Shown in pieces: positions 1 to 8,551 of a stretch of 20,000 nt of DNA. The stretch is from an uncultured virus (IMG/VR IMGVR_UViG_3300028194_000749) (lineage: Duplodnaviria > Heunggongvirae > Uroviricota > Caudoviricetes). Made by a program: the position numbers and the translations under genes. The notes under the pieces are model-generated. The model saw only the letters and a list, made by a program, of their open reading frames with translations. It did not search any database and was not told the origin of the DNA. Positions within the stretch are counted from its first letter, which is position 1, and every line of letters starts with the position of its first letter. The stretch is from the IMG/VR virus record IMGVR_UViG_3300028194_000749; one strand, written 5' to 3'.

Positions 1-16
1 TCGTTGTAATAGTAAT

Positions 17-25
17 CTTTAAGTA
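17..25 (+). promoter_or_regulatory. TATA-like box CTTTAAGTA
   Basis: Starts 31 nt before ATG 48. Confidence 0.8.
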
Positions 26-47
26 TCGGTGTTGATTAAGAATGACT

Positions 48-902
48 ATGCGTCTGGCTCAAGTTGGTTTGGGAACACTTCTTATTGGTGTGGCAGCCTA
101 TTTTGGTAGCGACACAGTTCGTAATAAAGTTTCAACTGTTTTCGGTGCAGATGCCATCACACCTGCCGAATTAGAAGAAATGCACATTGAATCCAGTGGA
201 GTTACTGTGGACACAGTTCCAGTTTCACAAGTTCAAGCATTCATGGGTTGGCAACAACTTCGCCTACAACACACTAACGCAGTTGCTAATGACTCACCAT
301 TTATGGATGGAGTCGTAGATGCCCAGCCTGTTTATACTAATCCCTTTGATATTGGATACAGTTTCGACCAAGAGTATTATGGAGCAGAAACTTTTGAAGC
401 AACTGGAGATTACGCTGGCCAAGGACCTTCTTCTTATAATGTGGCTAATCCACCTAATACTATTCCAACTGCTGGAACACCTTATCGTATTCAAGCACAC
501 ACTGGACAAGTTTATAGCACCGACCCCTCAACTGGAGTTAATGGACAACCTATTGCTTACTCTGGTGCTACACCAGTGGCACGACTTCCACCAGAAGTTA
601 CCAGCGACTTCCCATACATGGTAAGTCTAATCAATGTTCCTTTCCAAGAAATTGCTACATCTGACATCGGTAGTAACCGATTCGGCAGTTTGGCTCGTAA
701 CAGCACCGACGACAATGTAAATGCTCGATTCGGTGAAACTGCACTAAATCCTGAAGTTGATGCTTCTTACACATCACCCACAGGAGAGACCAAGCCATTG
801 AGTCAATGGCGAAGCAAATACACGGTTTTGCGACATTCAGACACCACAGTAAGTGCAATCCCATTTAGTGGCGGTGTCGAACTACAACTAAGGAGAGTAT
901 AA
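48..902 (+). CDS. Hypothetical protein with N-terminal membrane anchor (putative virion protein)
   Basis: N-terminal hydrophobic segment (VGLGTLLIGVAAYF); contains YGAETFEA motif. Start 48 preferred over 42 because of the 31-nt promoter spacing. Confidence 0.75.
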   Translation: MRLAQVGLGTLLIGVAAYFGSDTVRNKVSTVFGADAITPAELEEMHIESSGVTVDTVPVSQVQAFMGWQQLRLQHTNAVANDSPFMDGVVDAQPVYTNPFDIGYSFDQEYYGAETFEATGDYAGQGPSSYNVANPPNTIPTAGTPYRIQAHTGQVYSTDPSTGVNGQPIAYSGATPVARLPPEVTSDFPYMVSLINVPFQEIATSDIGSNRFGSLARNSTDDNVNARFGETALNPEVDASYTSPTGETKPLSQWRSKYTVLRHSDTTVSAIPFSGGVELQLRRV

Positions 903-904
903 TT

Positions 905-2572
905 ATGACTGGAGAAAAAATGCTATATGTTAAATCAAATGACTTTTGGGGATATGATGCGAGCGATTTTGATTCGTCTCTAAACTTTTACACCTACACA
1001 TGGACAGTTCCAGCAGCCATGTATGATGGTATGGATGATAGCGACCAAGGACGACTCTTCCCTTGTGCACTATTTTATGTCCAAGGAGTTACTGATAATC
1101 ACAATTTCCTAACACTTTCTATTGATGTTACGGGTGCCGATGCTAAAGTTCGTGGTATGCAAGGAGCCAAGCGTCGCACACTCAAGTTTGAAAAAGGTGT
1201 GCCTTATGCTTATTCCGTTGGTAGTTTGTCTATGAAGGAAGCACCTGCTGGTTCTTCTAACATCAGTGAGATTGAAACTGCGGTTAAAGATGGTTCGGCT
1301 ACTATGACTGGAGTATTCAATGTTGATTCTTTCCTAACTGATGCAGGTGAAATCGCAACAGCAGTTGGTTTGTCTACTGCCTCATCAGCAGAAAGTTATG
1401 AAGCAGAAGTTTCGGATTTCTATCCACAATCCTCTGCTGAAATTGGTAACGAACAATCTGGCCGTGGAGTTCCAGTGGCTTATGGCTCTGGCTCATCTCA
1501 ATATGTTGAACCACCAGTGGTTGAACTTGAAGCAGAAGTTTCAGATTTCTACCCTCAATCATCTGCCGAAATCGGTGATGAACAATCAGGGCGTGGAGTT
1601 CCTGTGTCTTACGGCTCAGGGTCCTCACAATATGTTGAGCCTCCTGTTGTGGAACTCGCAGCAGAAGTTTCTGACTTCTACCCACAATCTTCAGCCGAAA
1701 TCGGTGATGAACAATCTGGACGAGGAGTTCCTGTGTCTTATGGCTCTGGTTCTTCTCAATATGTTGAACCACCAGTTGTAGAACTCGGTGCTGAAGTTAT
1801 TGATGATGATTACATGGATGCTTATTCGGCTATGGGAGAACCAGATGCAGAATACGACCAAGGCTACAACGACCAACTCGACGAATCCCTCGGAATGAGA
1901 GATGGAGCAGAAGGAAACTTCCGCCAATCTATGAAATCCCGAAGAGATGAGTCAAAAGGGACTGAAAAATATGATAAGTCTCGCCCCTACTCTGGAGTAG
2001 ATACTATGGATGCACAAGGATACAACGACAAAATGGATGAATCATTGGGTATGCGACATCGTGGTCGTCATTCTCAATCAATGAAAGACCGCCGAGATGA
2101 AGCGGCTGCTATGGACCGAAAATACGGAATGAAGCGTAAGTATGATGATGTTATGACAATGGATGCTGATGGTATGATTACCGAAGGCTTGCCAGTTATT
2201 CCAGATTCCTACGGCACTAATTCTGCACTAAGTTCTGGACAAGGTGTGCCAGTTTGGTATGGTAGTGCAGATGGTATGGAAGATTACAACTACCAAAGCA
2301 ACGAGGGTTCATTGGATAGCGCAGGCTTCACAGAAGGCACTGTTAATCCTATGGAGTTCACTCGTCTTGGTGCTTATGATGTTCCAGTTATTTCTAACAG
2401 TTTAGGAGAAGATTCTTCTGAGATGGGATATGGAGTTCCACAATGGTATGGAGCCGACACTATGGCAGACAACTTCGAGGAATCTGCACCACCTATGAAT
2501 ATGGGTAAGAAAACAGTTGGTCTAATGGCTATCATTGGATTGCTTGCTGGAGCATACATGGCTCGTAAGTGA
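905..2572 (+). CDS. Modular repeat-containing protein with C-terminal TM anchor (putative polyprotein)
   Basis: 555 aa; three 43-aa repeats, two QGYND repeats, GLPV..WYG module; ends VGLMAIIGLLAGAYMARK; GGAG upstream. Confidence 0.85.
   Translation: MTGEKMLYVKSNDFWGYDASDFDSSLNFYTYTWTVPAAMYDGMDDSDQGRLFPCALFYVQGVTDNHNFLTLSIDVTGADAKVRGMQGAKRRTLKFEKGVPYAYSVGSLSMKEAPAGSSNISEIETAVKDGSATMTGVFNVDSFLTDAGEIATAVGLSTASSAESYEAEVSDFYPQSSAEIGNEQSGRGVPVAYGSGSSQYVEPPVVELEAEVSDFYPQSSAEIGDEQSGRGVPVSYGSGSSQYVEPPVVELAAEVSDFYPQSSAEIGDEQSGRGVPVSYGSGSSQYVEPPVVELGAEVIDDDYMDAYSAMGEPDAEYDQGYNDQLDESLGMRDGAEGNFRQSMKSRRDESKGTEKYDKSRPYSGVDTMDAQGYNDKMDESLGMRHRGRHSQSMKDRRDEAAAMDRKYGMKRKYDDVMTMDADGMITEGLPVIPDSYGTNSALSSGQGVPVWYGSADGMEDYNYQSNEGSLDSAGFTEGTVNPMEFTRLGAYDVPVISNSLGEDSSEMGYGVPQWYGADTMADNFEESAPPMNMGKKTVGLMAIIGLLAGAYMARK
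1403..1789 (+). repeat. 3 x 129-bp coding tandem repeat (43 aa)
   Basis: Units start at 1403, 1532, 1661 (AEVSDFYPQSSAEIG[ND]EQSGRGVPV[AS]YGSGSSQYVEPPVVEL-x); differences mostly synonymous. Confidence 0.97.
1859..2167 (+). repeat. 2 x ~52-aa diverged coding repeat
   Basis: QGYND[QK][LM]DESLGMR...QSMK[SD]RRDE...Y..V.TMDA at 1859 and 2015. Confidence 0.9.
2174..2272 (+). repeat. Dispersed coding module copy 1 (MITEGLPVIPDSYGTNSALSSGQGVPVWYGSAD)
   Basis: Near-identical to 16200-16298 and similar to 15165-15251. Confidence 0.95.
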
Positions 2573-2582
2573 GGCGATTCAA

Positions 2583-3254
2583 ATGTTTGGTGTGAATGCG
2601 TGGGATATAACTCCACATAAGTTTAATGCCTTTTCCGATGAATCAACGATTCGTGGAGAAATGAACCAAATGGCATCCAGAGGAATTGATATTCCTGCTT
2701 GGTCTTTTGTTAATATGGGTGACTCCGAGATGTTGGGGACACCAGTTGAAACTTTTGAGCGAACCTTTGTAGTGCCATTTGGAACTATTAAACAAACCAA
2801 AAAGGTTCTACATCCCGACCCTGCCAATCAAATTGGTGATGCGTGGAGTGGGGGCAAACCGATGTTTGATGTTAAGGTTCGTAGTGAACTCATACCGCTT
2901 GAAGGAGATGATACTCCATCATCTTTTATTGAAAAGCAAGTTGAAGACCCATTTATGCCCGATAATGCTCAATGGGAATTGTCTGGATTAGATACTTGGT
3001 TTGAAACTACGGAAACTACGGAAGAAGAGGAAGATGATTCCGATGATGAAGAACCTGAAGAAGTAGCCAAAGAGATTACAACCCCTCAAACAGAATCCAA
3101 AACTGGTTTGTATATCTTAGGTGGTATTGGAGTATTAGCCGCAGGTTATCTTTACTTTATTATTCGTAATCCCAAGGCTTATGTTCAAGGCAAGGCTATA
3201 TCCACCGCAGGCGGATTAGTCTCACAAGCGTTAGGTGCAGAACATGGTTCATAG
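2583..3254 (+). CDS. Acidic hypothetical protein with C-proximal TM helix
   Basis: ATG 2583 follows SD-like GAGGCGA, and the track start 2535 overlaps the previous gene; acidic tract, then GLYILGGIGVLAAGYLYFII. Confidence 0.8.
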   Translation: MFGVNAWDITPHKFNAFSDESTIRGEMNQMASRGIDIPAWSFVNMGDSEMLGTPVETFERTFVVPFGTIKQTKKVLHPDPANQIGDAWSGGKPMFDVKVRSELIPLEGDDTPSSFIEKQVEDPFMPDNAQWELSGLDTWFETTETTEEEEDDSDDEEPEEVAKEITTPQTESKTGLYILGGIGVLAAGYLYFIIRNPKAYVQGKAISTAGGLVSQALGAEHGS

Positions 3255-3333
3255 ACATTGGGATGATGACCCAGAACCCAGCGTTTTATTCTTTTTGCTG
3301 GCTTTGGTATTTGGAGTCATTTTTTTACTCTAA
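3244..3333 (+). CDS. 29-aa single-TM microprotein (not in ORF track)
   Basis: MVHRHWDDDPEPSVLFFLLALVFGVIFLL*; AGGTG SD upstream; fills the gap up to the next promoter. Confidence 0.6.
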   Translation: MVHRHWDDDPEPSVLFFLLALVFGVIFLL

Positions 3334-3342
3334 CTTTATTAC
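3334..3342 (+). promoter_or_regulatory. TATA-like box variant CTTTATTAC
   Basis: Starts 31 nt before ATG 3365. Confidence 0.6.
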
Positions 3343-3364
3343 AGTAGTATTACTTATGATAATT

Positions 3365-3718
3365 ATGAGCGAATACTTTTGGGGTCATTATGGTTATCCC
3401 ACCGAAGATTGCGAAATCGAAGAACTTACCCGTGTTGTAGCGTGGGCTTGGAATGGTGATTTCAATAATCTAACTATGGAACGCTATGAGTTTATGGCTT
3501 CTAAGCCTGACCCTCGTTCCTCGGCTCACACCGTAACCGGCATATGCCGTATTACTCACCCCGGCGACGCAGGAGTAGAAATACACATTCATTTAGAAGG
3601 ACCTTATATTCCTAATTCATGGGAACAATTCAGGGTTTTAGCCTATGATACTCAAGAAGAATTGACTCAGGCTTTTTCATCTGAAATGCCATGGGCAGGC
3701 ACACCAAACTTTAAGTAG
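3365..3718 (+). CDS. Hypothetical protein (117 aa)
   Basis: MSEYFWGHYGY...; start reassigned from 3263 by promoter spacing. Confidence 0.7.
   Translation: MSEYFWGHYGYPTEDCEIEELTRVVAWAWNGDFNNLTMERYEFMASKPDPRSSAHTVTGICRITHPGDAGVEIHIHLEGPYIPNSWEQFRVLAYDTQEELTQAFSSEMPWAGTPNFK
3709..3717 (+). promoter_or_regulatory. TATA-like box CTTTAAGTA
   Basis: 31 nt before ATG 3740; overlaps the preceding stop codon. Confidence 0.8.
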
Positions 3719-3739
3719 TCGTGCTGCTCAAGGTAAGAT

Positions 3740-4648
3740 ATGTCTGACGACGGTATTTCACCTTTCTTAGCCGAGATTGAAAGTGAAGTCACAGTAGAAG
3801 CCGCAGGTAATCCTAACAACGCTGTGGCTTTTGATATGGAATCTGGTAAAAACTCTGTGGTAGATACCATGGAAGTTACTAAAGAAGATTTGAATACTTA
3901 TCTTAGTGCTTCACAAAGAAGTTCACTTCCTAAGCACCTTCAAGAAGGTATTGTTCGTAAGAAGAAAACCTCGGCTGCCGAAGAAGAGGCTATGCCAAGT
4001 TTTGAAGAGATGCGTGATGAAACTGCACCTCAAGACCCAGCCGAACCAGAACCAGATATTAGTCAAATGGGAGAAACCCCTGAACCCGGTTTTGCCGACC
4101 CAGATATGGGTCCTACTGAAATGGGAGGTCCTGATGATATGACAGGTGGCGAAATACTGGATAGTCCTTTGCCAGTGGAACTTCTATCTGAGCGACTTCA
4201 GAATCAAGAACAAGAAATGGTGGTGGCCAGCATGACACAAAAACAATTTGAAGATTGGTTGTTTCCAGCCGCAGAAGAATCTGATTGGGCATCGGGTCAA
4301 ATTGCTTTAGCCCGTATTATGGCAAATCTTAAAGCCGCAGGTTATGATTCTAAATCTTTGTCATTAAATGATGAACTCTACCCTGCTTATGTGCAAATTG
4401 CTTCTTCACTTTGGAGTCGTCAAAATCTGGTAACTCCAGTTCGTGATGATGTTTTATCCAGAGTCGAAAATGCTCCGGCTGCACAATTAGTGGCGACTTT
4501 GGAAGCCACCGCTTCCGCAGTTCCTACTGAACTCGCTGCTGAATTGTTTCGAGTCCCCATTGAAGAAACCACTAATTACACTCCATATTTAATTGTAGGA
4601 TTGGCTACAATCGCCGCTACGACCATTCCATTCTTTTGGAAGCGATAG
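3740..4648 (+). CDS. Acidic hypothetical protein with C-terminal TM anchor
   Basis: 302 aa; ends YLIVGLATIAATTIPFFWKR. Confidence 0.85.
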   Translation: MSDDGISPFLAEIESEVTVEAAGNPNNAVAFDMESGKNSVVDTMEVTKEDLNTYLSASQRSSLPKHLQEGIVRKKKTSAAEEEAMPSFEEMRDETAPQDPAEPEPDISQMGETPEPGFADPDMGPTEMGGPDDMTGGEILDSPLPVELLSERLQNQEQEMVVASMTQKQFEDWLFPAAEESDWASGQIALARIMANLKAAGYDSKSLSLNDELYPAYVQIASSLWSRQNLVTPVRDDVLSRVENAPAAQLVATLEATASAVPTELAAELFRVPIEETTNYTPYLIVGLATIAATTIPFFWKR

Positions 4649-4655
4649 GGCAAAT

Positions 4656-4664
4656 CTTTAAGTA
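4656..4664 (+). promoter_or_regulatory. TATA-like box CTTTAAGTA
   Basis: 31 nt before ATG 4687. Confidence 0.8.
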
Positions 4665-4686
4665 TCAAGGATGGTGAAGATAAACT

Positions 4687-5487
4687 ATGAATCTGGACCT
4701 CGCTATTCAAAATGTTATGAAGCGCAGTGAAATGGAAGGTGCTATGCACGGAGTTATGTCTAACTTCGGAGCCAGTTACGAGTTGATGGCTTACACTGAT
4801 TCTGCTAAGTCTGCGGAAAACATTCTTGGAGTTACTGTGGCACACATGGCTCCTAATGCTTTGAGTCGTCCAGTTATGGAAACTAAGCGTGCCGAAGTTT
4901 ATACTGCTACGCCACCTACTCAAGATGTTTCAACTACAATTGGACCTATGGAACTTTCTTACACAGCCAGTTCTCGTAACTGGACTCTAAGTTCTATGGG
5001 ACAACCAACATTTTGGAATAAACTTTTCGGAACTGCACCATCGTCAAAGATTCTTATTACTAAGTATGGCACTAATGCTTCCCATCGTTTCTTGAGTGCT
5101 GTTGAGAACTCTGGTATGTCAGCATCTTCTAAGAATCAAATTGCTTCTTTTGTTATGACTCATATGCAATCCACCTCTGTTCGTGCTTACCAACAAGGGC
5201 TTACGGTTGATACAACAACATTAGATGATGCTATTACTTCTTCCACCAGTCGCAAAGTTCTCGAAGCCAACTATACTAATGGTTCTCAAGAAATGAGTTT
5301 GGCAGAAACCTATTCAGGGGTTGCTAAACTTAGTAATAACACCTTTATGGGTGATACAGTTATTCCACAACCGCTTAGTGCGGCACAAGTAGGCACGGTT
5401 CGCACTGCACTCGGCGACCCCGTAGGTGTTCATATTTCACCACCAACCCGACATATGGGTGCAATCAAGACTAACCGAAGTCTTTAA
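4687..5487 (+). CDS. Ser/Thr-rich hypothetical protein
   Basis: 266-aa ORF with its own promoter; no family recognised. Confidence 0.8.
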   Translation: MNLDLAIQNVMKRSEMEGAMHGVMSNFGASYELMAYTDSAKSAENILGVTVAHMAPNALSRPVMETKRAEVYTATPPTQDVSTTIGPMELSYTASSRNWTLSSMGQPTFWNKLFGTAPSSKILITKYGTNASHRFLSAVENSGMSASSKNQIASFVMTHMQSTSVRAYQQGLTVDTTTLDDAITSSTSRKVLEANYTNGSQEMSLAETYSGVAKLSNNTFMGDTVIPQPLSAAQVGTVRTALGDPVGVHISPPTRHMGAIKTNRSL

Positions 5488-5490
5488 GTA
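5482..5490 (+). promoter_or_regulatory. TATA-like box CTTTAAGTA
   Basis: 31 nt before ATG 5513; contains the TAA stop of the previous gene. Confidence 0.8.
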
Positions 5491-5512
5491 GTTGAACAGG
5501 AGAGTTAAAAAC

Positions 5513-6532
5513 ATGAATGCAGTAACAGATGTAGTCGAAGATTCCTACGAAGGACTCATGGATGCAAAGTTTTATTCTGGCGTTGCTGGTATTGCCATTG
5601 GTGGAGTTCTCGGCAGCGTCGTGACTCTACTACCATTCTACAAACTTGGAACTTTTGGAAATATCGCTCGCACAGTAGTTACCGCAGGCTCAGGTGCTTA
5701 CCTTGTTCAAATGTCTCGTAAAGTTTCTGGAGATATGTCTTCCTTGTATCTTGGTGCAGGAACCATCCTCGGATTCATTGGTGTTACACAAGCCGTGGGA
5801 TACCTCACTGCATTCACAGGACTTTCTATCCCGGGATTCAATGGACTTGGTAGTGTTTTAATCGGTGAAGCAGAATCTTCAATTCTACCTCAGCGTGGCT
5901 CTGGCCGTGTTCTCGGTCAAGAAACAGCAACCCAAGATTTTTCTGACATCTACAATTCCGAAGATATTTTTGAGGAAGGCACACAACAAATGATTAACCG
6001 TGTTCCTGCTGACAACCCAGTTGATTCAGTCGTCGAACAAGCACCACTTGGCCATGGAGTTACTCAATGGTTTGGTGCAGACGGAATCTCTGCTACTGGT
6101 GGAGTTGCCCAAAGTTTTGGTGGAGTTGCTGAATCATCTTCCGTCAATCACAACCCACAGACTAATGTTAGTCAATATGTTTCCTCAGTTGATACTATGG
6201 GAACTCGTGCTATGAATGTGAACAAGGGTTCACCACTTACACAATCTGCCTATGGTAAGAACTATTCACCTCCAGTTTCATTCCAATCTGAAGAACCTAC
6301 TATGAAGATGGGACAAAGTGACGCACCAACTCCAAGTATGGGACAACTACCAGACATCTGGAGTTCTTACATCAAACCTTCCACCACTGCCGAAGAAATG
6401 GTAATGGACACCGTTAGAATGATTAACCCGGGACAACCTATCCAATGGTATGGTTCCGAAGAAAGTTCTACTGGAGTTCTATCACACCATATGTCTCACG
6501 CAGAAGGATTTGGAAGTGTCATAGGACAATAA
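5513..6532 (+). CDS. Membrane protein (Gly-rich N-terminal TM helices) with modular C-terminal tail
   Basis: About 3 hydrophobic helices, then segments bounded by GEAE/YNSE/FGAD/FQSE/TTAE/SHAE; start reassigned to ATG 5513. Confidence 0.85.
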   Translation: MNAVTDVVEDSYEGLMDAKFYSGVAGIAIGGVLGSVVTLLPFYKLGTFGNIARTVVTAGSGAYLVQMSRKVSGDMSSLYLGAGTILGFIGVTQAVGYLTAFTGLSIPGFNGLGSVLIGEAESSILPQRGSGRVLGQETATQDFSDIYNSEDIFEEGTQQMINRVPADNPVDSVVEQAPLGHGVTQWFGADGISATGGVAQSFGGVAESSSVNHNPQTNVSQYVSSVDTMGTRAMNVNKGSPLTQSAYGKNYSPPVSFQSEEPTMKMGQSDAPTPSMGQLPDIWSSYIKPSTTAEEMVMDTVRMINPGQPIQWYGSEESSTGVLSHHMSHAEGFGSVIGQ

Positions 6533-6560
6533 AACTAAAAAAAAATAAAGGTGAAATGAA

Positions 6561-6812
6561 ATGCTACAAAGAATGTGTGATTGGACAAACTCTCGAAATG
6601 GACAAATTGTAATGGGTGTTGCTACTTTAGTCGGTGGCCTACATCTATTCTTCAGCGAATCTCAACCAGTATTGGGTATGCTCGATATTGGCGGTATTAC
6701 TCTAATGGGTAAGGAAATCGGAGTCCAGCAAGTTCTGGGTGTCGTTCTTTCCATTGGTGGTGCTTGCTATGTTTGGGATTATTGCTGTGCTGATACCGGC
6801 ATGGGTATGTAA
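6561..6812 (+). CDS. Small 2-TM membrane protein
   Basis: 83 aa; AGGTGA SD; two hydrophobic segments. Confidence 0.8.
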   Translation: MLQRMCDWTNSRNGQIVMGVATLVGGLHLFFSESQPVLGMLDIGGITLMGKEIGVQQVLGVVLSIGGACYVWDYCCADTGMGM

Positions 6813-6828
6813 ATAGGAGATGAATAAT

Positions 6829-7416
6829 ATGAATATAAAAAGAATACTTGTGAATGAATATACTGTTGGCGGAAGCCTATTGCTGGTTGGTGCTGGATTC
6901 TTCAGCACTCGATTTACTGATGCTCTCTCTTATGAGTTGTTCACTCTACCCTCGGCTATCCCTATGATTGGCGGTGCATCTGTCACTGTTGGTCGTGTGG
7001 CTGGTTTAGTCCCACTAAGTTTGGGTATTGCATTCTTGCTCGGTAAGGTTCGCCCAGTTACTTCCAAAGTTCCAGTCGTTGATAAGGTCGTAGACCTTGC
7101 TGACCGAATCGTGAACGAAGTTTCAATGCCGGTTTCTGAAGAAACATCCACAATGGGTGCAGAGTTCTGTGCAGAACACAACGCTGAGTTCTCTGCTTGC
7201 GGTTGTGGCACTAAAGCGGCTGAAACCGTAGACCATCTTAATCCAACTGAAGTTGATTCCCCAGAAGTTTCTCTGGAAGCAGAATCAGGCTCCAAAAAAA
7301 AACTAAAATGGACTGACGCTGTGAAAGCGGCTCGCAAAGAGTTAGGCATCACTGGATTTAGCGCAGTTAAGAAGGAAACTCCCCTTTACAAGCGTGCTAA
7401 AGCACTAATGGCGTGA
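6829..7416 (+). CDS. Membrane protein with C-terminal DVNP-like basic module
   Basis: Two N-terminal hydrophobic helices; C-terminus WTDAVKAARKELGITGFSAVKKETPLYKRAKAL; GGAGATGA SD favours ATG 6829. Confidence 0.8.
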   Translation: MNIKRILVNEYTVGGSLLLVGAGFFSTRFTDALSYELFTLPSAIPMIGGASVTVGRVAGLVPLSLGIAFLLGKVRPVTSKVPVVDKVVDLADRIVNEVSMPVSEETSTMGAEFCAEHNAEFSACGCGTKAAETVDHLNPTEVDSPEVSLEAESGSKKKLKWTDAVKAARKELGITGFSAVKKETPLYKRAKALMA

Positions 7417-7421
7417 TACTT

Positions 7422-7523
7422 GTGTCTTACGCAAGTCGATTCCGTGGACTTCCAATGGTAGTTCAATTAGGAATTGCTTTGGGTGTCACTGTGGTTGTCG
7501 TCAAAGTCTGGGAAAAAGTCTAA
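7422..7523 (+). CDS. 33-aa single-TM microprotein (not in ORF track)
   Basis: GTG start; MSYASRFRGLPMVVQLGIALGVTVVVVKVWEKV*; fills the intergenic gap up to the next promoter. Confidence 0.65.
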   Translation: MSYASRFRGLPMVVQLGIALGVTVVVVKVWEKV

Positions 7524-7527
7524 GTAG

Positions 7528-7536
7528 TATTAAATA
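7528..7536 (+). promoter_or_regulatory. TATA-like box variant TATTAAATA
   Basis: 30 nt before ATG 7558. Confidence 0.65.
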
Positions 7537-7557
7537 CTTAGGAATGTATTACCGTTT

Positions 7558-8442
7558 ATGACAACTGTTAGTTTAACTTACTATCACGATAGTAAGAACT
7601 ATGGTAACTTTGGTGATGAGTTATCACCATTTATTATTCAAAAACTACTAAGTTCCGAGTATAAACTCCTACTTAATGCCCCAGAATCCGACCATTCTTT
7701 GCTTGGAATAGGTTCTATTATACATCTTGCTAAAGAAAATGATTATGTTTTTGGTAGTGGTTTGGGAGTTTTAGAACCAGAATCATTACCACATTTGAAC
7801 ATTTGTGCCGTCCGAGGACCCTTAACTCGTGAAACTTTAGCCCATTATGATATAGATTGCCCAGAAGTTTATGGTGATGCGGCTTTGTTACTACCTAAGT
7901 TTTATACACCTACTTATTGTGAAGGACTTTCTACTAAGATTGGTTTTGTTCCACATTTTAATCATTACGATAATTATGCATCCCTCGAACTTCCTGAAAA
8001 CTTTCACTTGATTGACCCAACTATGGAGTGGAGACAAGTTATTGATGAGATTACCTCTTGCCATGCAATTGTTTCACAAAGTCTACATGGTTTAATTTGT
8101 GCTGATGCTTACCAAATCCCCAACATTAGATTTGCAGAAAACTTTTGGTTCTGCAATATGTGTCACAGCCTGAGCACGCAGAGTGCACTCAACTTAGATG
8201 AAACTTTTAACTTATCTACTTCTGGGGATGACCGTCCAGCCTGTAATTGCGGTTGGAAATACAATTGTTGGGGCAATAATTTACTACATCATAATGGAGA
8301 TTTTAAGTTTCAAGATTATTTTATGAGTCAAGGTCGAAAGAGTATTTTCTTAACTACATTAGAATCTTATAATGAAACTTTACTCTATACCGACGGCAAT
8401 CAGATAGATTTAGATTTACTTATCTCGGTATTTCCCTTCTGA
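7558..8442 (+). CDS. Polysaccharide pyruvyltransferase-like (ExoV-like) protein
   Basis: Motifs NFGDELS, GIGSII, AVRGPLTR, YGDAALLLP, IGFVPH, SLHGLICADAY, FKFQDYF. Confidence 0.85.
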   Translation: MTTVSLTYYHDSKNYGNFGDELSPFIIQKLLSSEYKLLLNAPESDHSLLGIGSIIHLAKENDYVFGSGLGVLEPESLPHLNICAVRGPLTRETLAHYDIDCPEVYGDAALLLPKFYTPTYCEGLSTKIGFVPHFNHYDNYASLELPENFHLIDPTMEWRQVIDEITSCHAIVSQSLHGLICADAYQIPNIRFAENFWFCNMCHSLSTQSALNLDETFNLSTSGDDRPACNCGWKYNCWGNNLLHHNGDFKFQDYFMSQGRKSIFLTTLESYNETLLYTDGNQIDLDLLISVFPF

Positions 8443-8473
8443 TTTCAGGCACATTCGGATAAAAAACCCAAAC

Positions 8474-8482
8474 CTTTAAGTA
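8474..8482 (+). promoter_or_regulatory. TATA-like box CTTTAAGTA (capsid operon promoter)
   Basis: 31 nt before ATG 8505 of a 7-codon mini-ORF. Confidence 0.8.
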
Positions 8483-8504
8483 GTCAAAAAGACCAATATA
8501 GAGT

Positions 8505-8528
8505 ATGAGCAACCAAGTGTTGTTCTAA
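8505..8528 (+). other. 7-aa upstream mini-ORF MSNQVLF
   Basis: ATG AGC AAC CAA GTG TTG TTC TAA at exactly the leaderless-start position. Confidence 0.5.
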
Positions 8529-8551
8529 ACCTAAAATGGAGATGAAAAAAT

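Noticed and set aside
1403..1789. Tandem repeat as a CRISPR array
   Set aside because: Contiguous 129-bp in-frame units with synonymous variation and no unique spacers.
3263..3364. Hydrophobic N-terminal extension of ORF 3263-3718
   Set aside because: Better explained by the 3244-3333 microprotein plus a promoter pointing to ATG 3365.
6530..6548. A-rich tract as a minus-strand terminator
   Set aside because: No convergent gene; probably an unstructured spacer before the AGGTGA SD.
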